DNA of 64,000 nt from Octopus bimaculoides (lineage: Eukaryota). Below, in pieces: positions 40,064 through 57,897 of this stretch. Positions within the stretch are counted from its first letter, which is position 1. Each line of letters starts with the position of its first letter. A program made the position numbers and the translations under genes. The stretch covers positions 43,204,293-43,268,292 of the forward strand of contig NC_068985.1 of NCBI RefSeq assembly GCF_001194135.2. The letters are read 5' to 3'. The notes below the pieces were generated by a model. It was not told the origin of the DNA and made no database searches. It saw only the letters and a list, made by a program, of their open reading frames with translations.

Positions 40064-40380
40064 CAAGGTTCAGTAGTTAGAGCGCCAGACTCACAATCAT
40101 GAGCTGAGTTCAATTCCTGGACCAGACAGTATGTTGTGTTCTTGAGCAAGACACTTTATTTCACATTGCTCCAGTTCATCAGCTGTAGAGATGCGTTGTG
40201 ACATCACTAGTGCCAAGCTGTATTGGCCTTTTGCCTTTCCTTTGGCTAACATGTGGCAGGGAGGCTGGCATGCATGGGTGACTGCTGGTCTTACAGAAAC
40301 AAACTTACCTGGACTTGTGCCTAGGAGGGGAACTTTCTAGGAGCAATCCTATGATCATTCATAACTGAAGGGGGTCTTTT
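40064..40380 (+). mobile_element. tRNA-derived SINE, family 3
   Basis: tRNA-like head (GAGTTCAATTCC) followed by CTTGAGCAAGACACTTTATTTCACATTGCTCC central domain. Confidence 0.65.
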
Positions 40381-42117
40381 ACTCTTATCATTATCCAAAG
40401 CTCATTGCCTCAGAGTTCTTACTTCAAATCATGCTAAAATTTGGTAAATGTACAACACTGATAGATCGGAACCTCTTTATCATCCATACTAATTTACAAG
40501 TAAACTTCAAATTCCTGTAGCTGTCAGGCCAGTTTCCACAGTTTATTATACAGTATTAAACTTTGACACCCATTGTTCAGAAAAATCAGCAATCCAGAAG
40601 AGCTTTGGAATCAAAGGTTCCAGAAAATCAATGTATCTCTATTCCTTTTTACCACAAAGAATTTTTTAAAATATAAAATATGACATCATTGAGGATTCAT
40701 TCCTCCCTTAAAGTAAAACTAAAATGAGCTGAAAATCTTTTATTATAAAAGACAAGTGAATCTCAGTGTCTGTCTATCTGTCACAACATCTATTAGAGGG
40801 AGAGAAAGAAGAGAAGAAATCAAATTATGTCTATTTTTAGGAGAAGAGAAAAATTTGTTGAGAGAGAAATAGTGTGTGTGAGAAAGCTAGAGAGATGTCT
40901 TGTCACTATAGTCTCTCCATTACAACATCTACTAGAGAGGGACAAGAAGAAACTGTTGAGAAAGAAATACAGAGAGAGAGTATGTGTGTCTGTGAAGATA
41001 GGTAGAGTTCTCACCATCATAACTAATAAGTTTTGAAAGATAGTTACTTTTTGTGGTTGTTTGTGTCTTTCAACATATAGAAAATGCAATGCAGACTTTA
41101 AAAAGGATTTTCACTTTGAATACAAGAAGGGAAGGAGAAAAGGTTGTTTTGAGAGAGAGAGAGAGTGTGTGTACAAAGGATAGGTATTGTAACCATAGTA
41201 ACTAACAAGTTTTGATTAAAAACACAGAAATTTTAAGTGCAAGTCTGTCAGCATTTTAAATAAATGTTCAACAATATTCAAACTGTTATTAATTAATGTT
41301 CACCAAGAAAGTCAATCTAAACATTATATGCACAATTTATGAAGGTATGTGCACATGATTTAGGAATATTTTTATCTGACAGCATAGTGACAACAGGGAT
41401 TGAACTAGTATTTCTATAATGGCCGAAACTAGAACTAAAGGCTTAGACATTGTTTCATACCTCTTTATTGTAAGTTGAAATCCTGTGACAATCAATGTTG
41501 CCTTTTGTTCAAAGATGCAATACAATTTGTACCAGTAATATGATGAGGTAGTTCCAGTTAACTATTTTGAGATTGGTTCCAAGTCAAATGTAGAAACCAA
41601 TAAAAATTCTACTGCTTGTTACACCAAATATGAAATTTTTATAAAAAGTCTGGGATATCTTAACATCCTTTTGAATTTTCAAAATTATCAGTTATCTATT
41701 TTTGCTTGTTTTTCAATATCTCTATTCAGTCCCTCCTATAATCACCCATATTGGTACTTTCCCATGACGATGCCTGTGTAGCAAGGGAAAGAATCATCTG
41801 ACCCATTTTATTGCCAGCTATTACTCTCTCTTCTCTTACATCACTGATCCTGTGTTTTTGTTCAATCCCCTTACTGCCCCGACCATCGCCGCTGGCTTGC
41901 TCAAACGCGGTGGTGGTATTGGACACGTGATAAACCTGCAACCCATCCCATTCGTAAGCCGCAGCCAGGCCCCCTCACCTTCATCTTCGTCGGCCCTCTA
42001 ACAGTGCAGCAGCGGCAGTGCGACCACCCGCTCACTTTCGCTGCTGACTGCACAAGTCTCATCCAGCTGGCGCCCACCTGACAACCAGATCGCTCAGCCA
42101 ACGATGCTGCACGCTTT

Positions 42118-42314
42118 GTAATTCTTTGTGAATCTCATGATAAAGACAAATGTTAATGGAAGGGAGGAGCTGAAGAGGAAGATCAGTGTTTGCCATGTTG
42201 AATATATAAATAACTGGTAGAGATTATCTGGGATGGGGAAGTCTAATATTTGTAGTAACTTTAAGGATTCAGTTAGGAGGTGAAAGTTCAAAACTTTATA
42301 TATGTAGATGCTTC
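42118..42314 (+). repeat. ~197-bp direct repeat, copy 1 (copy 2 at 44984-45179)
   Basis: GTAATTCTTTGTGAATCTC...GTAGATGCTTC present twice, highly similar. Confidence 0.9.
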
Positions 42315-43699
42315 TCTCTCTGTCGATAACCACTTCTCCCAACACTTTATTTGCGTTCCCTCACCCCACCCCACCCTATATAAACTAGCTCATTCGGTTT
42401 CCCCTACCTCATATTTTAACACCCTGCCAAATGAAGTAGAAAACCAGAAAATGTTCAAATAAGCAACCTTGTTTTTCAATCTAGCACACCTCTAAACTCT
42501 CTTCCATTACTCCTGCCTGACACTGTTTTCTGTCATAGTCATAATTTCTTGCACCTCTTGGCTCTGCTTATTTTTCTGCTTTAAATGAATGAAAAACACA
42601 GTGAAGACTCTTAAGTGTTGATGAGAGGGTAGGGATACATAAGGACCTCTATAGTACTGTAAAATGCACATGGTATACAGTGCGAAGTGGATGGCAGTAG
42701 GAACTTATGAGCAGAATTGCTTCTCCAACCAGCAGTAACTCCGAACCAGAATTGATTTGAATTTTGACCCATCCCATCCTTGCTAATATGGAAATTGCCT
42801 ATAAAATAATGTTTACAATTGTTTATCTTTATTTTACTACAACCATGAAACAGTCACTCACCCATCACTAGTACTAAAGGCTTAGACATTCAATTTCACA
42901 CCTTTTGACTTTTGAAATCTTTTGGCAATTAATATTGCCTTTTGGTTTTCCAAGATGCACGCTAATTTATTATTGTCATTTATTCATTCATTTATCTAAT
43001 TTTGTCAGTTTGGCTGACCAGAAACTCTTAGTTATAGCTCTAGTTAAGAATTCAAATGCCCAATTCTATCTCATTATTATCATCAATATTCTCTCACACC
43101 AGCAGCCTGAGTTTTTGCTGTTTTGTGGTGCCAAATTCTATCTCATTATCAGAATTACTACTCTTTCACCCTGGCACACGGCAATGTTAAACCCATTCGT
43201 TCAATTATGTTACCCTAAATCCCCAAATTCTGTCTCTTAGTGCTCTGTCTTCGACCAGCCTAACTCTGGTCTTTCTCTCTCTGTTGATAAGCACTTCCCT
43301 CACCCCACCCCACCCTATATAAACTAGCTCATTCAGTTTCCACTAGCTCATCTTCTAATACCCCACCAAATGGAGTAGAAAACCAGATGTTCAGATAAGC
43401 AACCTAGCATACATCTAAACCTCTTTTTTTTCAGAGCAGATCATAATTGCCTTATTATTTCATTTCATTTTGCTGTTTTGAGGTGCGCCTGCGCTTCCCA
43501 CCACCACCACCTGTACTGGAAGTCTCTATCTTCTGACCTCTATCGGATGTCTCTCCCATGAACACCTCCAAAGGCTTAATGTTCCATGTTAGAGTTTATC
43601 TCCTATGTAGCGCATGAAAATGGTGGTTTAGTGTATGCAGGTTGAAGGCTATTATATGTTTATGAGTTCTGCCAAATGTGAGCTTTCTTTTCAGGTACA

Positions 43700-44480
43700 T
43701 GATGCTGCTGTCCCCCATCCCAGGGTCTCATGGGCCCACACCCTCAGGATTGGCACACTGAAAGGTAGGTCTGTTGAGATGCTTGAATGGAGATGTGTAG
43801 ATTTGTGCTGCATGCAAGAAGTAAGGTGGAGAGGAAGTTCTGCTAGGTTCCTCACAGGCAAAGAACATAGGTATAAGATTTTCTGGGCAGGGAACACTGA
43901 CAGAGTCGGAGGTGTGGGTATACTTCTTGTGGAGAAATGGGTTGATAAGGTAATTGAGGCAGAGTCTGTGATAGAATACTTAAGATTAGATTAGTACTGC
44001 AACATGGGTTAAGAACCATTATCTCAGCCGGGGCTACCTGATGAACAGAAAGACTGATTTTATGACACCCTCTTGCAGTCTACCTCGTCAACGAATGACA
44101 GGGACCTTCTCTTTGTGGCTTGCAACAGGGGGCTTCCATGGAGGCTATGGTTTTGGTTCCCACAATGAGGAGGGAACCGGGCTGATGGAGTTCTGCGATG
44201 CAAATGATCTTATGGTTTGTAATACTAACTTCAGGAAACCTGCCAGTCACCTATTCACCTACCAATCTGGTGGACACACTAGTCAAATTGATTACATCCT
44301 CACCAGGAAACAAGAAGGATGGCTATTTATAAATGCCAAAACCTTCCCAGGTGAAGAATGCACCCCACAACATAAATTAGTAGTTAGCAACTTCAGGATC
44401 AGGGCTAAATGGATGCCCAGAAGACGACCAGCATGGAGGAGAAGGGTCTGGAAGCTTAAGGATCCTGCGAATGGACAGAT
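43700..44480 (+). mobile_element. RTE LINE endonuclease-domain fragment
   Basis: VDLCCMQEVRWRG, GGVGILL, GGYGFGSHNEEG, CNTNFRKP, SQIDYILTRK, GEECTPQHKLVV. Confidence 0.9.
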
Positions 44481-44983
44481 TGTATCCAGTAGTTTACACA
44501 TGGACCATGTACTACTTGCTTTCCATGGCTCTCAACAGGTGGAATGTAGCATCTGAGACAAGATGTGATTGTCATGGAAAACACAGCAGCCCGTCCAGGA
44601 ATTTACCTTCACTATGATTCAATCCAGTGGATTTCAAGATAGCCAATATGCCCATAGACTGTAGGGATTAAGTTTGATAAACTGTTTATTTCTGCCTTAT
44701 GTTCAGAGGCAAGTGTGTCTCCCCACACTGATACCACATAATAATGCATATCAGCTCAGTTCCTTTCTTTGTTGTCCCTTATATATTTTGCTTCTGAAGT
44801 GGTATGAGACCAGCCATTTCTGAGAAGCAGAGGTCACTAGCAATGATAGAAAAAAAACAGATTAGAAAAAAATGATTAAAAAAAACAGCCTGTTAGAGTG
44901 TGAGAACCTATGCCAGTCAGTCAAGTGGCTTTTCTCTGGATGCAGTCTATGTAGTAAACAGCACCAGCCTAGATATTGGAGCA

Positions 44984-45179
44984 GTAATTCTTTGTGAATC
45001 TCATGATAAAGACAAATGTTAATGGAAGGGAGGAGCCGAGAGGGAGATCAGTGTTTTCCATGTTGAATTTATAAATAACTGGTAGAGATTATCTGGGATG
45101 GTGAAGTCTAATATTTGTAGTGACTTTAAGGATTCAGTTAAGAGGTAAAAGTTCAAAACTTTATATATGTAGATGCTTC
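44984..45179 (+). repeat. ~197-bp direct repeat, copy 2
   Basis: Aligns to 42118-42314. Confidence 0.9.
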
Positions 45180-45520
45180 ATTTTGTACAAGAGGGAAAAA
45201 ATTATGCTTGAGTGTGCTCTCACTCCATGGTATAATCTGACAGGAAGCCCCCAGAGAAATGTAGACGGATGGTTTTGCTTGATTTGCATAGTCAAATGTT
45301 ATGCTGATGTTAAGTACAAGAACACTTTTCATCCAGTTTTCCAAAGATGAGAAACCACTGGCATATGACCTATGAGAAAAGGTCTCCAGTAAATCCGGCT
45401 TTGCAATAACCATGGAGTGAGATTTAAAGCAGTTGTTAATGACTGCCATCTTTGAAATGATGTGTGAGCATCATCAGAGAGTTGCCATTCCTGAGACTAA
45501 AATACACAAGTATAATTCCG

Positions 45521-45873
45521 CTAGCCAATAAAAAATGCAGACACATACTAACAATATTCTTAACAATTAAACCTGGAAAAGTAGAAGACAAGAAAAAAAC
45601 TCATTAAAATTCGAGCTTGAAATATTGCTGCTAAAATTAAAAAGTACCTAAGAGGTACTTTTTCATATTTTTTTAAAAATTCAATTAATTTCACTTTTCC
45701 TTTTAATTTCAATTTTATTTTTTGTACTAAATGAATTAATAAAAAAATGTGAAATTTTAATTTTAGCAGCAATATTTTAAGCTCAAATTTTAATGAGTTT
45801 ATCTTGTCCTCTACTTTTCCAGGTTTAATTGTTAGGAATATTGTTAGTATGCGTCCGCATTTTTATTGGCTAG
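45521..45873. repeat. ~120-bp inverted repeat (foldback/MITE-like)
   Basis: Arms 45521-45642 and 45755-45873 are reverse complements with only scattered mismatches; 112-bp AT-rich loop. Confidence 0.9.
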
Positions 45874-46475
45874 TCCAGTGTTTTTACAGGCATTGCGGTA
45901 AAACTTTAATTAAAAATATATAAAATTACCATTTTTTGCAGTCATTTTGAATTCAAAATTTTCTAAGAAAATTCAAACAAAATTTTAATTTTTTTCATTG
46001 GACTAATTCTCATTTAGAAATTAAATTAAAAATGAATGATAATCATCGCAACTTTGCCTTTTCTGGACATAATGTACATACTGTAATTTCGGTATTGTAC
46101 AGAGACAAAGCTACAAATGAATATATTTAAAGAATTTTTTAAATAATGAAAAAAGAAATAAAATGAGGATACAAATTTAATAAAATGACTTTATTTTAAA
46201 TAAATAAAATTAAATTAATATTGAATAGAATATAATTACAAGTAGCATTTGCCTTTTCTGAACAGCCTTACTACACATTTCAGTACTGCTCATAGAGACA
46301 AAGCCACAAAAGCACTCTGTAAGGTTTTGTCACCTTTCTTGTCTTTTCCTCTCTCCCTCCTTTTTTCTCCCCCACTCATTCTTATTGCTCTTTATCTCCC
46401 AATCACTGACTGCCGATTTGTGGAGTTTGCCACCACTTTAACCTATCCATTCTTGGTGGTAGAGGCATGTGTTGA

Positions 46476-49408
46476 ATGACCAAGAGACCTGCTTGGTGGA
46501 GCAACTATGTGACAATAGATCAACCTCTGACCTCTCATTCACCACCAACTTCAGTATGCTCTAGAGAAGCTAACCTCTCTCCACCATGGGTTCTGAACAG
46601 AATTAACCCTACCAACCCCACAACTTTCAACCCTTCCCCCACCCCACATTCAACCTTCGTTCCAGCCCCACTGATGGAAACTGAATTAACCCTGCCAACC
46701 TCACCACTCCTGTAACTTTTAACACCTCCCAACCTCTGTTCTAGTCCCACCTTCAGAACCAATGCTGCACTCCCTCAATTGAGTTCCAAGGCTAGCCCTC
46801 TATTATCAGTCGATGCTAGCTCGCAACCTGACTGTGCTCACAATAGCCGTTACTTAAAGACAACTAATTGTCACCTGTGCCACCAAAATTACCACAGGAG
46901 TTGTGTCCGCATCACCAAGGCTCAAGCCGAAAGTCTTCCATACTGGACCTGCAGTCAGTGCCACTTCAGCTTTGACACACTCCGTGGAGATACCTCACAC
47001 TCCGACAACCAGCTCTCTACTGAGGACTTTGCTGCAGCCCTCCAGGGTTTATCTAAATTGAAGCTTGTTAACCGGATCACTAAGGGAGCTTGGAATAGCT
47101 TTGCTTGCGTGCTCTCCAGCTTGTTGAAAAACCTATATTTATCCAACAATGCATCCGACTGGCAGAAACTGTTTCTGTTCCCCCGCATCTCTCTCCACAT
47201 GCACAATGTGAAATCGAGCTCCCTTACATCCTCACTCAAGTGACAGTTCCAGCTATCTGAGTCCACCCGACCACTTCTCACCTCAATTTGACACTGAGCA
47301 CGGTGCCTAGCGACAGGCAACCGATATACCTTAAGTGCACAGTCAATGCTAAATTCAGCGACTTCGACATAAAAGGGGCTGTCCGTCTCCTCTCTTCTTT
47401 ATCCTCTCTCACTCCATGTGACTCTTGAGTCTCTTAGATGTCTGAAAGAGAAGCACCCACTGATAATCAACTAAACTGGCCTGATCCCCCAGAATACTTG
47501 AGACCAGTCTTCACCTCAGATAACATCAGAAAGGCAATTTCATCCTTCCCTGCTGGTTCAGGTGCAGGAATTGATGGCCTTCAGCCTCAATACCTCAAGG
47601 ATGGTATCTTCTTATTGGCCGGTGACGCTGGACTTGAGCTCTAGGAGAATTTGTCTCAGTTCATGAACCAATTCTCTTCAGCTAACGTCCTCCTTATATC
47701 CGCCCACTATTCTTCGGGCTCACCAAACCCAATGGAGACTTGCACCCTATTGTGCTCGGCTGCACCCTTTGCCATCTCACTGCAAAGGTGTGCTTACAAT
47801 TGGTCTCTAGCTTATTGGAGGACGGATTTTCCCCCACCCAGCTAGGAGTGGGTACCAAATTGGGATGTGAAGCTGCTGTCCATGCTACCAGAGCCTATGC
47901 CAACTCGCCCTCCTTGTTACCCAAGGTCATCCTCAAACTTGACTTTCAGAATGCCTTCAACTCCATCAGCTGCGGTGCTGTACTCAGCTCAGTAAGAGAG
48001 GTCCCACAACTCTACCGCCTCGCAGGGCAGGCTTATCGGGAGCCCTCCTATCTCTCTTGTGGTGACCAAATCATCACCTCTGCCTCAAGGGCAATCTACC
48101 CGGGCCCGCTCTGTTCACACTAGGCATTGATGACATCACTAAAATGGGTGTCAAGCTAGACCCCAATGCCTGGTATCTCGACGATGCATGTTTGGGGGGG
48201 GGCTCAATTCCATCGGCTTGGTGCCCCAATCACTGACCTTACCTTTGAGTCCATCTTCCAGTCGAAGGTGGTTGCCCTTGAGCAATTGCTGAAAAATATT
48301 GAAGTTAATGAACCCCATCAAGGTTTTTTCATACTTAGGAATTACCTCACAGTCCCTAAGCTTCTATATTTACTCAGAGTCAACTCCTCTTACCGATTCC
48401 AATTGTGCCTCCAACACTTCGACAACCTAATCTTTGAGAGATTTGAATGCTTAGTCAATGTCAGACTCTCTCCAACATCCCACAATCAGGCTGCACTGCC
48501 CAAGCAATTTGGAGGTCTTGGTCTTTGCAAGTGTTCGTCCTTCTCTCTCCCCTGCTTCCTTTCCTCCACCCTGGTGAGCAACATCCTCTCCATCCCAACA
48601 TGGACCAGTTCCTCTCCTTTCCAACATGGACATGTCTGCTCCTGAGAAGGTGGAGGACTGTCGGAGTCAGAGAACTTGAGATAAATAATTTCGAAGGCCA
48701 CCTTCGACTCCCTCTTCATCCAGTCGGACCAGTTTTCAAAGTGTCACTTACTGTCTGCTAGTGCCAAATACTCGGGTGACTGGAATGATGCCATCCCTGT
48801 GGTTAAAATGTTGGTGGCCTACTCAGCCTGGACAAACTTCATGTCTTCTTTGCCCTCAGAGTAGGAGCTGACATATGCATGGGTTTGATCTGTTGTGGCA
48901 GGCTAGACTCCACGGCCTTTCTTGCCACCTGAATGCTGGTCACTTTGCATGTCCTACAGAGTTGAAACTGATAATCAAGAGGAGCTTGGCCCGGGCAAAC
49001 ATCTTCATCTTGGAACCATCAGGATTGTCCATATGTGATGGGAAGAGACCTGATGGCCTCACCTTGTGCCCCTGGTCACAAGGCAGATGCCTTGTCTGGG
49101 ATGTCACAGTTAGCAACTTCTTTGCTTCTTCTCACATCCTGGATGCTGCAGTTAGGGCGAGATCTACAGCTTCTGTGGCCAAGCAGAACAAAATCTTGAA
49201 ATACCACGATCTGTCGGTCAACTACATTTTCCACCCTGTGGCATTCGAGACGTTTGATTGGGTCGGACCACTTACTGCAAGATTCCTGTCTTCCCTAGCA
49301 AATCGCCTTGCAAAGGAGGCTTGTGAGGGCACTTGGCTGTTCCAGCGCATTAGCCTCGCCACCACCCACCCGCGGCAATGCTGCAAGCATGCTGGCGTGT
49401 CTCAATAG
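46476..49408 (+). mobile_element. CRE-clade non-LTR retrotransposon (PHD finger, RT, CCHC zinc finger, restriction-like endonuclease), pseudogenised
   Basis: CHLCHQNYHRSC...WTCSQC, FDIKGAVRLLSS, AISSFPAGSGAGIDGLQPQYLKD, QLGVG..GCEAAVHA, LKLDFQNAFN, AWYLDD (48171-48185), GGLGL, HGLSC, KRPDGLT..W..GRCLVWDVT, FETF, RGNAASML. Confidence 0.9.
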
Positions 49409-49475
49409 TTTCACCAAGCTGTTTCATATGGATCAGTGGTTAATGGAGTATATGCCCTGTTGTGTTGCTTTAGAC

Positions 49476-49640
49476 CAGTGCTTCACAACCTTTTTTCACT
49501 TGCAGTACACTTATATTTCTTTCAAAATTTGGCACTACAAATGAACTAAAAATATAACTAAAATTATAGGGGAAAAAAACTATATTCAGGTTACACTATG
49601 GCACACCAGTGTGCCATGGCATAACTGGTTGCAGAGCATG
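49476..49640. mobile_element. hAT MITE
   Basis: CAGTGCTTCACAACC ... GGTTGCAGAGCATG; exact TSD CTTTAGAC at 49468-49475 and 49641-49648. Confidence 0.75.
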
Positions 49641-49990
49641 CTTTAGACCAATCAGCTGGCTTCAAGTGCCCCAAGAGGCAGTGGAGGATATGCAGTTGAA
49701 CAACTTATGCAGAGACTAGAAGTTTGGTTGATGCTGGAGTTAGAGGTGAGAAAGAGATCAAGAATGTTTGAAATATGTGTGTGGAGCAAAGATGAAAATA
49801 ATTCAGGATTGAAAGATTTTTTTTCTCCACTAGCTGCATTAAAATGCAATAAAAAGTGAGTGAGGACAATGACTTCAAAGGGTGATGTGTAGATGTTCTC
49901 TATGCAAGAAGAGATTTGTTGTAGAAACTTTGTTGCAGGTATCCAGGAGGAAAAAAGTGGCATCTACAGATGTACAAACATCACCTTTAA
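49640..49990 (-). mobile_element. Jockey/CR1-group LINE endonuclease remnant
   Basis: EVIVL..F, SNILDLFLTSNS, PPLPLG resemble the endonuclease GDFN / LDL / PLG.SDH blocks. Confidence 0.55.
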
Positions 49991-50339
49991 GAATGAAGTT
50001 TGAGTACAGTCTGGACAGATGGACTACAGATTAAGGAAGAAAGAATGTATGCTTTAATTTTTTTGTTTGGTGTCTATATTGGAATGGATTTCATGAATAT
50101 TAGAGAATTGTCCAGATTAAGTTAACTGTATGAGGATAATTCAACTGGAAAAGTAGTCAAAAATGTCCAACCTGAAAAAGTAATCTTTTTGTTAATGGAA
50201 GCAAAGGCTCATCAACATTTCAACGTGTGTCATGAACGAACTGACTTAAATTACATCTTCCATGAGACTCAGTGTGCTGATGCCTAATCTTATTGCTTTG
50301 GTTTTCATTTTTCACAGGTACAGTTCATTGTGAGAAAAC

Positions 50340-50535
50340 ACTTATTCAATCATATCGATTTCAAATTTTGGCACAAAGTCAATTACATCAACCCCAGTGT
50401 TCAACTGGTACTTACTTTATCAAGTCTGAAAGGCAAAGTCAATCTCAATGGAATTTGAACTCAGCATGTAAAGCCAGACAAAATACCACTCAGCATTTCG
50501 TCTGGTGTGGTAATGATTCTGCTAGCTCGCCACCT
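50340..50535 (-). mobile_element. tRNA-derived SINE, family 2
   Basis: - strand AGGTGGCGAGCTAGCAGAATC...GAGTTCAAATTCC; related copies at 59563-59748(-), 11300-11465(+), 24798-24875(+), 2282-2420(+). Confidence 0.7.
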
Positions 50536-51107
50536 TTCAATCATATTAATAAAAATTTCTTCTGACTTAATCCAATGTCACTATCTGGATGGGCTCTATA
50601 CTTCACCACTCACAGATTAATACACATCCAATAGATCCACTCACTGCATATATCAATTAAATTACTTAGTTACTTAAGACACCTCCAACATCTGGCCCAA
50701 ACAGATTTCTATTCTACTACAATAGCATCTGCTCTTTAAAGTTGGGCCATTTCCACTCAGACACGAATCACTTCACCCATTAGCTTACTCTCTCTATAGC
50801 CAACGGGTAACTGTTCAAGGGAAACAACCATCACCAGACCTATAAAGACTTAACAAGCCCTTCCTCCAGAGCTATAAAGTGAAAACTATTTTTACAATTT
50901 GTATTATTTTTCCATATAATTATCAACTGGAGGTTGGTAATTGACCTAAGACCACTTTTCTCATGGAGTGAAAAGAAAACTCATTAGCTTTAATGATTAA
51001 TTTTGGTAAATTCTGAAACGCAAATCAAAAATTTTTATTGACAGGGGAGGGGGATTACACAAATCCTTCTGTGCCCCCCACCACCAAAGATAAAATTTAT
51101 AGTAGTA

Positions 51108-51241
51108 CAGCAATCCCTCGCCATATCGCATCTCCTCAATATATCGCAGGTTTCTGCAGCTGATAGGTATTTTTTTTAGATTTTAATTATCTCCATGGGA
51201 GGTTTTGGAACCTAATACCTACAACGGTCAAGGGATTACTG
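51108..51241. mobile_element. pogo/Tigger-type MITE
   Basis: TA-CAGCAATCCCTCG ... CAAGGGATTACTG-TA. Confidence 0.75.
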
Positions 51242-51957
51242 TATTTTGTATGTTAAACCTGCCAGCCACCACTTGCCAACATTATGTGCCTGGATGAAGC
51301 TGATCACTACTAGAGGATATCTTCACATATCACCCCTACTAACAAACAGCTTTACTTGTCCACTAATATATTCAAATTACACATTCTATTAATTTTGATT
51401 ATATTGAGAATTAAATACAAATAATGACTGGAGGGAATTTAAGAATGACCCGTCAGGCTTTGTCTTGTCAAGTATGCCAAAACATCTTGACCATTCTTTA
51501 AGGCAGTCACTTTAAACATCGATCAACTGTCCAAATCAATGTTAAATAGCTTTTCAAATAAATATTTGCCTAATACAGACTAAAGCAGATCGCCATTATT
51601 AATATCCCACTTTTTAGAACAGGTACACAGTAGGTCTGCACATTGTAAGAGGCAAATAAAAGGACTGGTGCCAGCAAGAGCATCCAGCTTTAAAACACTG
51701 CAGGCATGGAAAAGCAGGTGTAAAAACAATGAATCAGAGTCAGTTGACCATTTCAAATTTATGTAATAGAATTTCATAAACTGAAATGCAAACCTTTCTC
51801 TTCTCAATTATGTAAACCTATCATTTCAGGCTCAACATTTAGACAAGTCCAATGTGACTCATTGTTATATTACTTCCTTTGTCCTTCAGTCAGAGCAATC
51901 ACATACGCACACATTTAGAGGATAGGTTATGTATTTCATCAGACATGTAGGAGGGTT

Positions 51958-52059
51958 AAGAATTATCTACAATAGCCTAGTTAACTGACACATCAGACTA
52001 ATGACTGAAGAATTATCTACAATAGCCTAGTTAACTGACACATCAGACTAATGACTGAA
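51958..52059. repeat. Perfect 50-bp tandem duplication
   Basis: AAGAATTATCTACAATAGCCTAGTTAACTGACACATCAGACTAATGACTG x2. Confidence 0.95.
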
Positions 52060-52170
52060 CAAGTTATTGCCAGTAACATGATTACAATATATTTATGCAA
52101 ATGAAATTTAATGAAAAAAAAAAAAATGAAAAAAAAAACTATTTACAAGATAAAATATAATTTACAAGAT

Positions 52171-52176
52171 TTTATT
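52171..52176 (-). promoter_or_regulatory. Polyadenylation signal of beta-tubulin
   Basis: AATAAA on the - strand ~180 nt after the stop, followed by a U-rich tract (+ strand 52113-52140 A-rich). Confidence 0.65.
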
Positions 52177-52356
52177 CAACACTTTACATTAGTCAAGGTA
52201 ACCTCGAGAACACTTGAGTTTTGGCGACCAACAGTTTCTTTTTTTCTTCTTCATGAATAGAGGTGGAAAAGAAAACCAATCATGGAGATTAGGAGAGGGG
52301 GTTTCGAAATGGAATGTCAAAAAATAAAAGAAGAAATAAAAGCGAATAGATGTCAT

Positions 52357-57065
<4,709 letters not shown>

Positions 57066-57734
57066 CTAGACAAATTAAAAATAAAATAAATTTACATTGC
57101 GTATAGTTAAAAATGAAAGGTCTTCACAAAACTCAAGAATAAAATGAAAACAGTTTTATACACACACATGCCCTCCACCCACCTGTCTATGATGTTTCTT
57201 CTATTGTCCTTGCCTTTATCACTTATCCCAGGTGTTCATCTCAATCACGGTCCATCCTTCTCGTTCTTACTGTACAATGCTGTCAGACAAACCCAAGGAC
57301 GTGTTTGACATACTGCACAGAGATTTTAATATCTGTATGTATCTCATACTCCTACCATTGGGTATTTGGTATCGACATTATTCACTTTTACTCTTATGCC
57401 CTCATGGCAATGCCACAAAATGCACCCAATTCACTCAGCTAAATGTAATCTTTTAGTCTTGACTTCCTGTAGCATTAGTGAAGAGGGAACAAAATACTTT
57501 CTTGCTTAGGACATCTAGCAATAGAAATCTAGCCAAAAATGAAACCAAGCAAAATGTCGTCCTCCAACCCATACCAGCATGGAAAACTGAAGTGATGTCA
57601 CTGATACTCATGTAGATACTATCAAACTGCTATTGAAAAATTTGCAATGGAAATTATCTTCGCAATTAAAAGACTAAAATCTCCTATGTGAACTTGCTAT
57701 ACACACAAGTATACTAAATATACATGTATGGCAC

Positions 57735-57897
57735 CACATAAAAAGCACCCAGTACATTTTGTAAAGCGGTTGGTATTACGAAGGCCATTCAGCCATAAAA
57801 ACCATACCTAAACAGACAAATGGAGCCTGGTGGAGCTCACCAGTTCCTGTCAAACTGTCCAATTCATGCCAGCATGGAAAATAGACGTTAAATGATG
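57735..57897 (+). mobile_element. RTE 3'-tail fragment
   Basis: AAAAAGCACCCAGTAC...GCCAGCATGGAAAATAGACGTTAAATGATG. Confidence 0.65.

Noticed and set aside
45153-45449. 98-aa - strand ORF as a transposase fragment
   Set aside because: No catalytic motif could be recognised with confidence.
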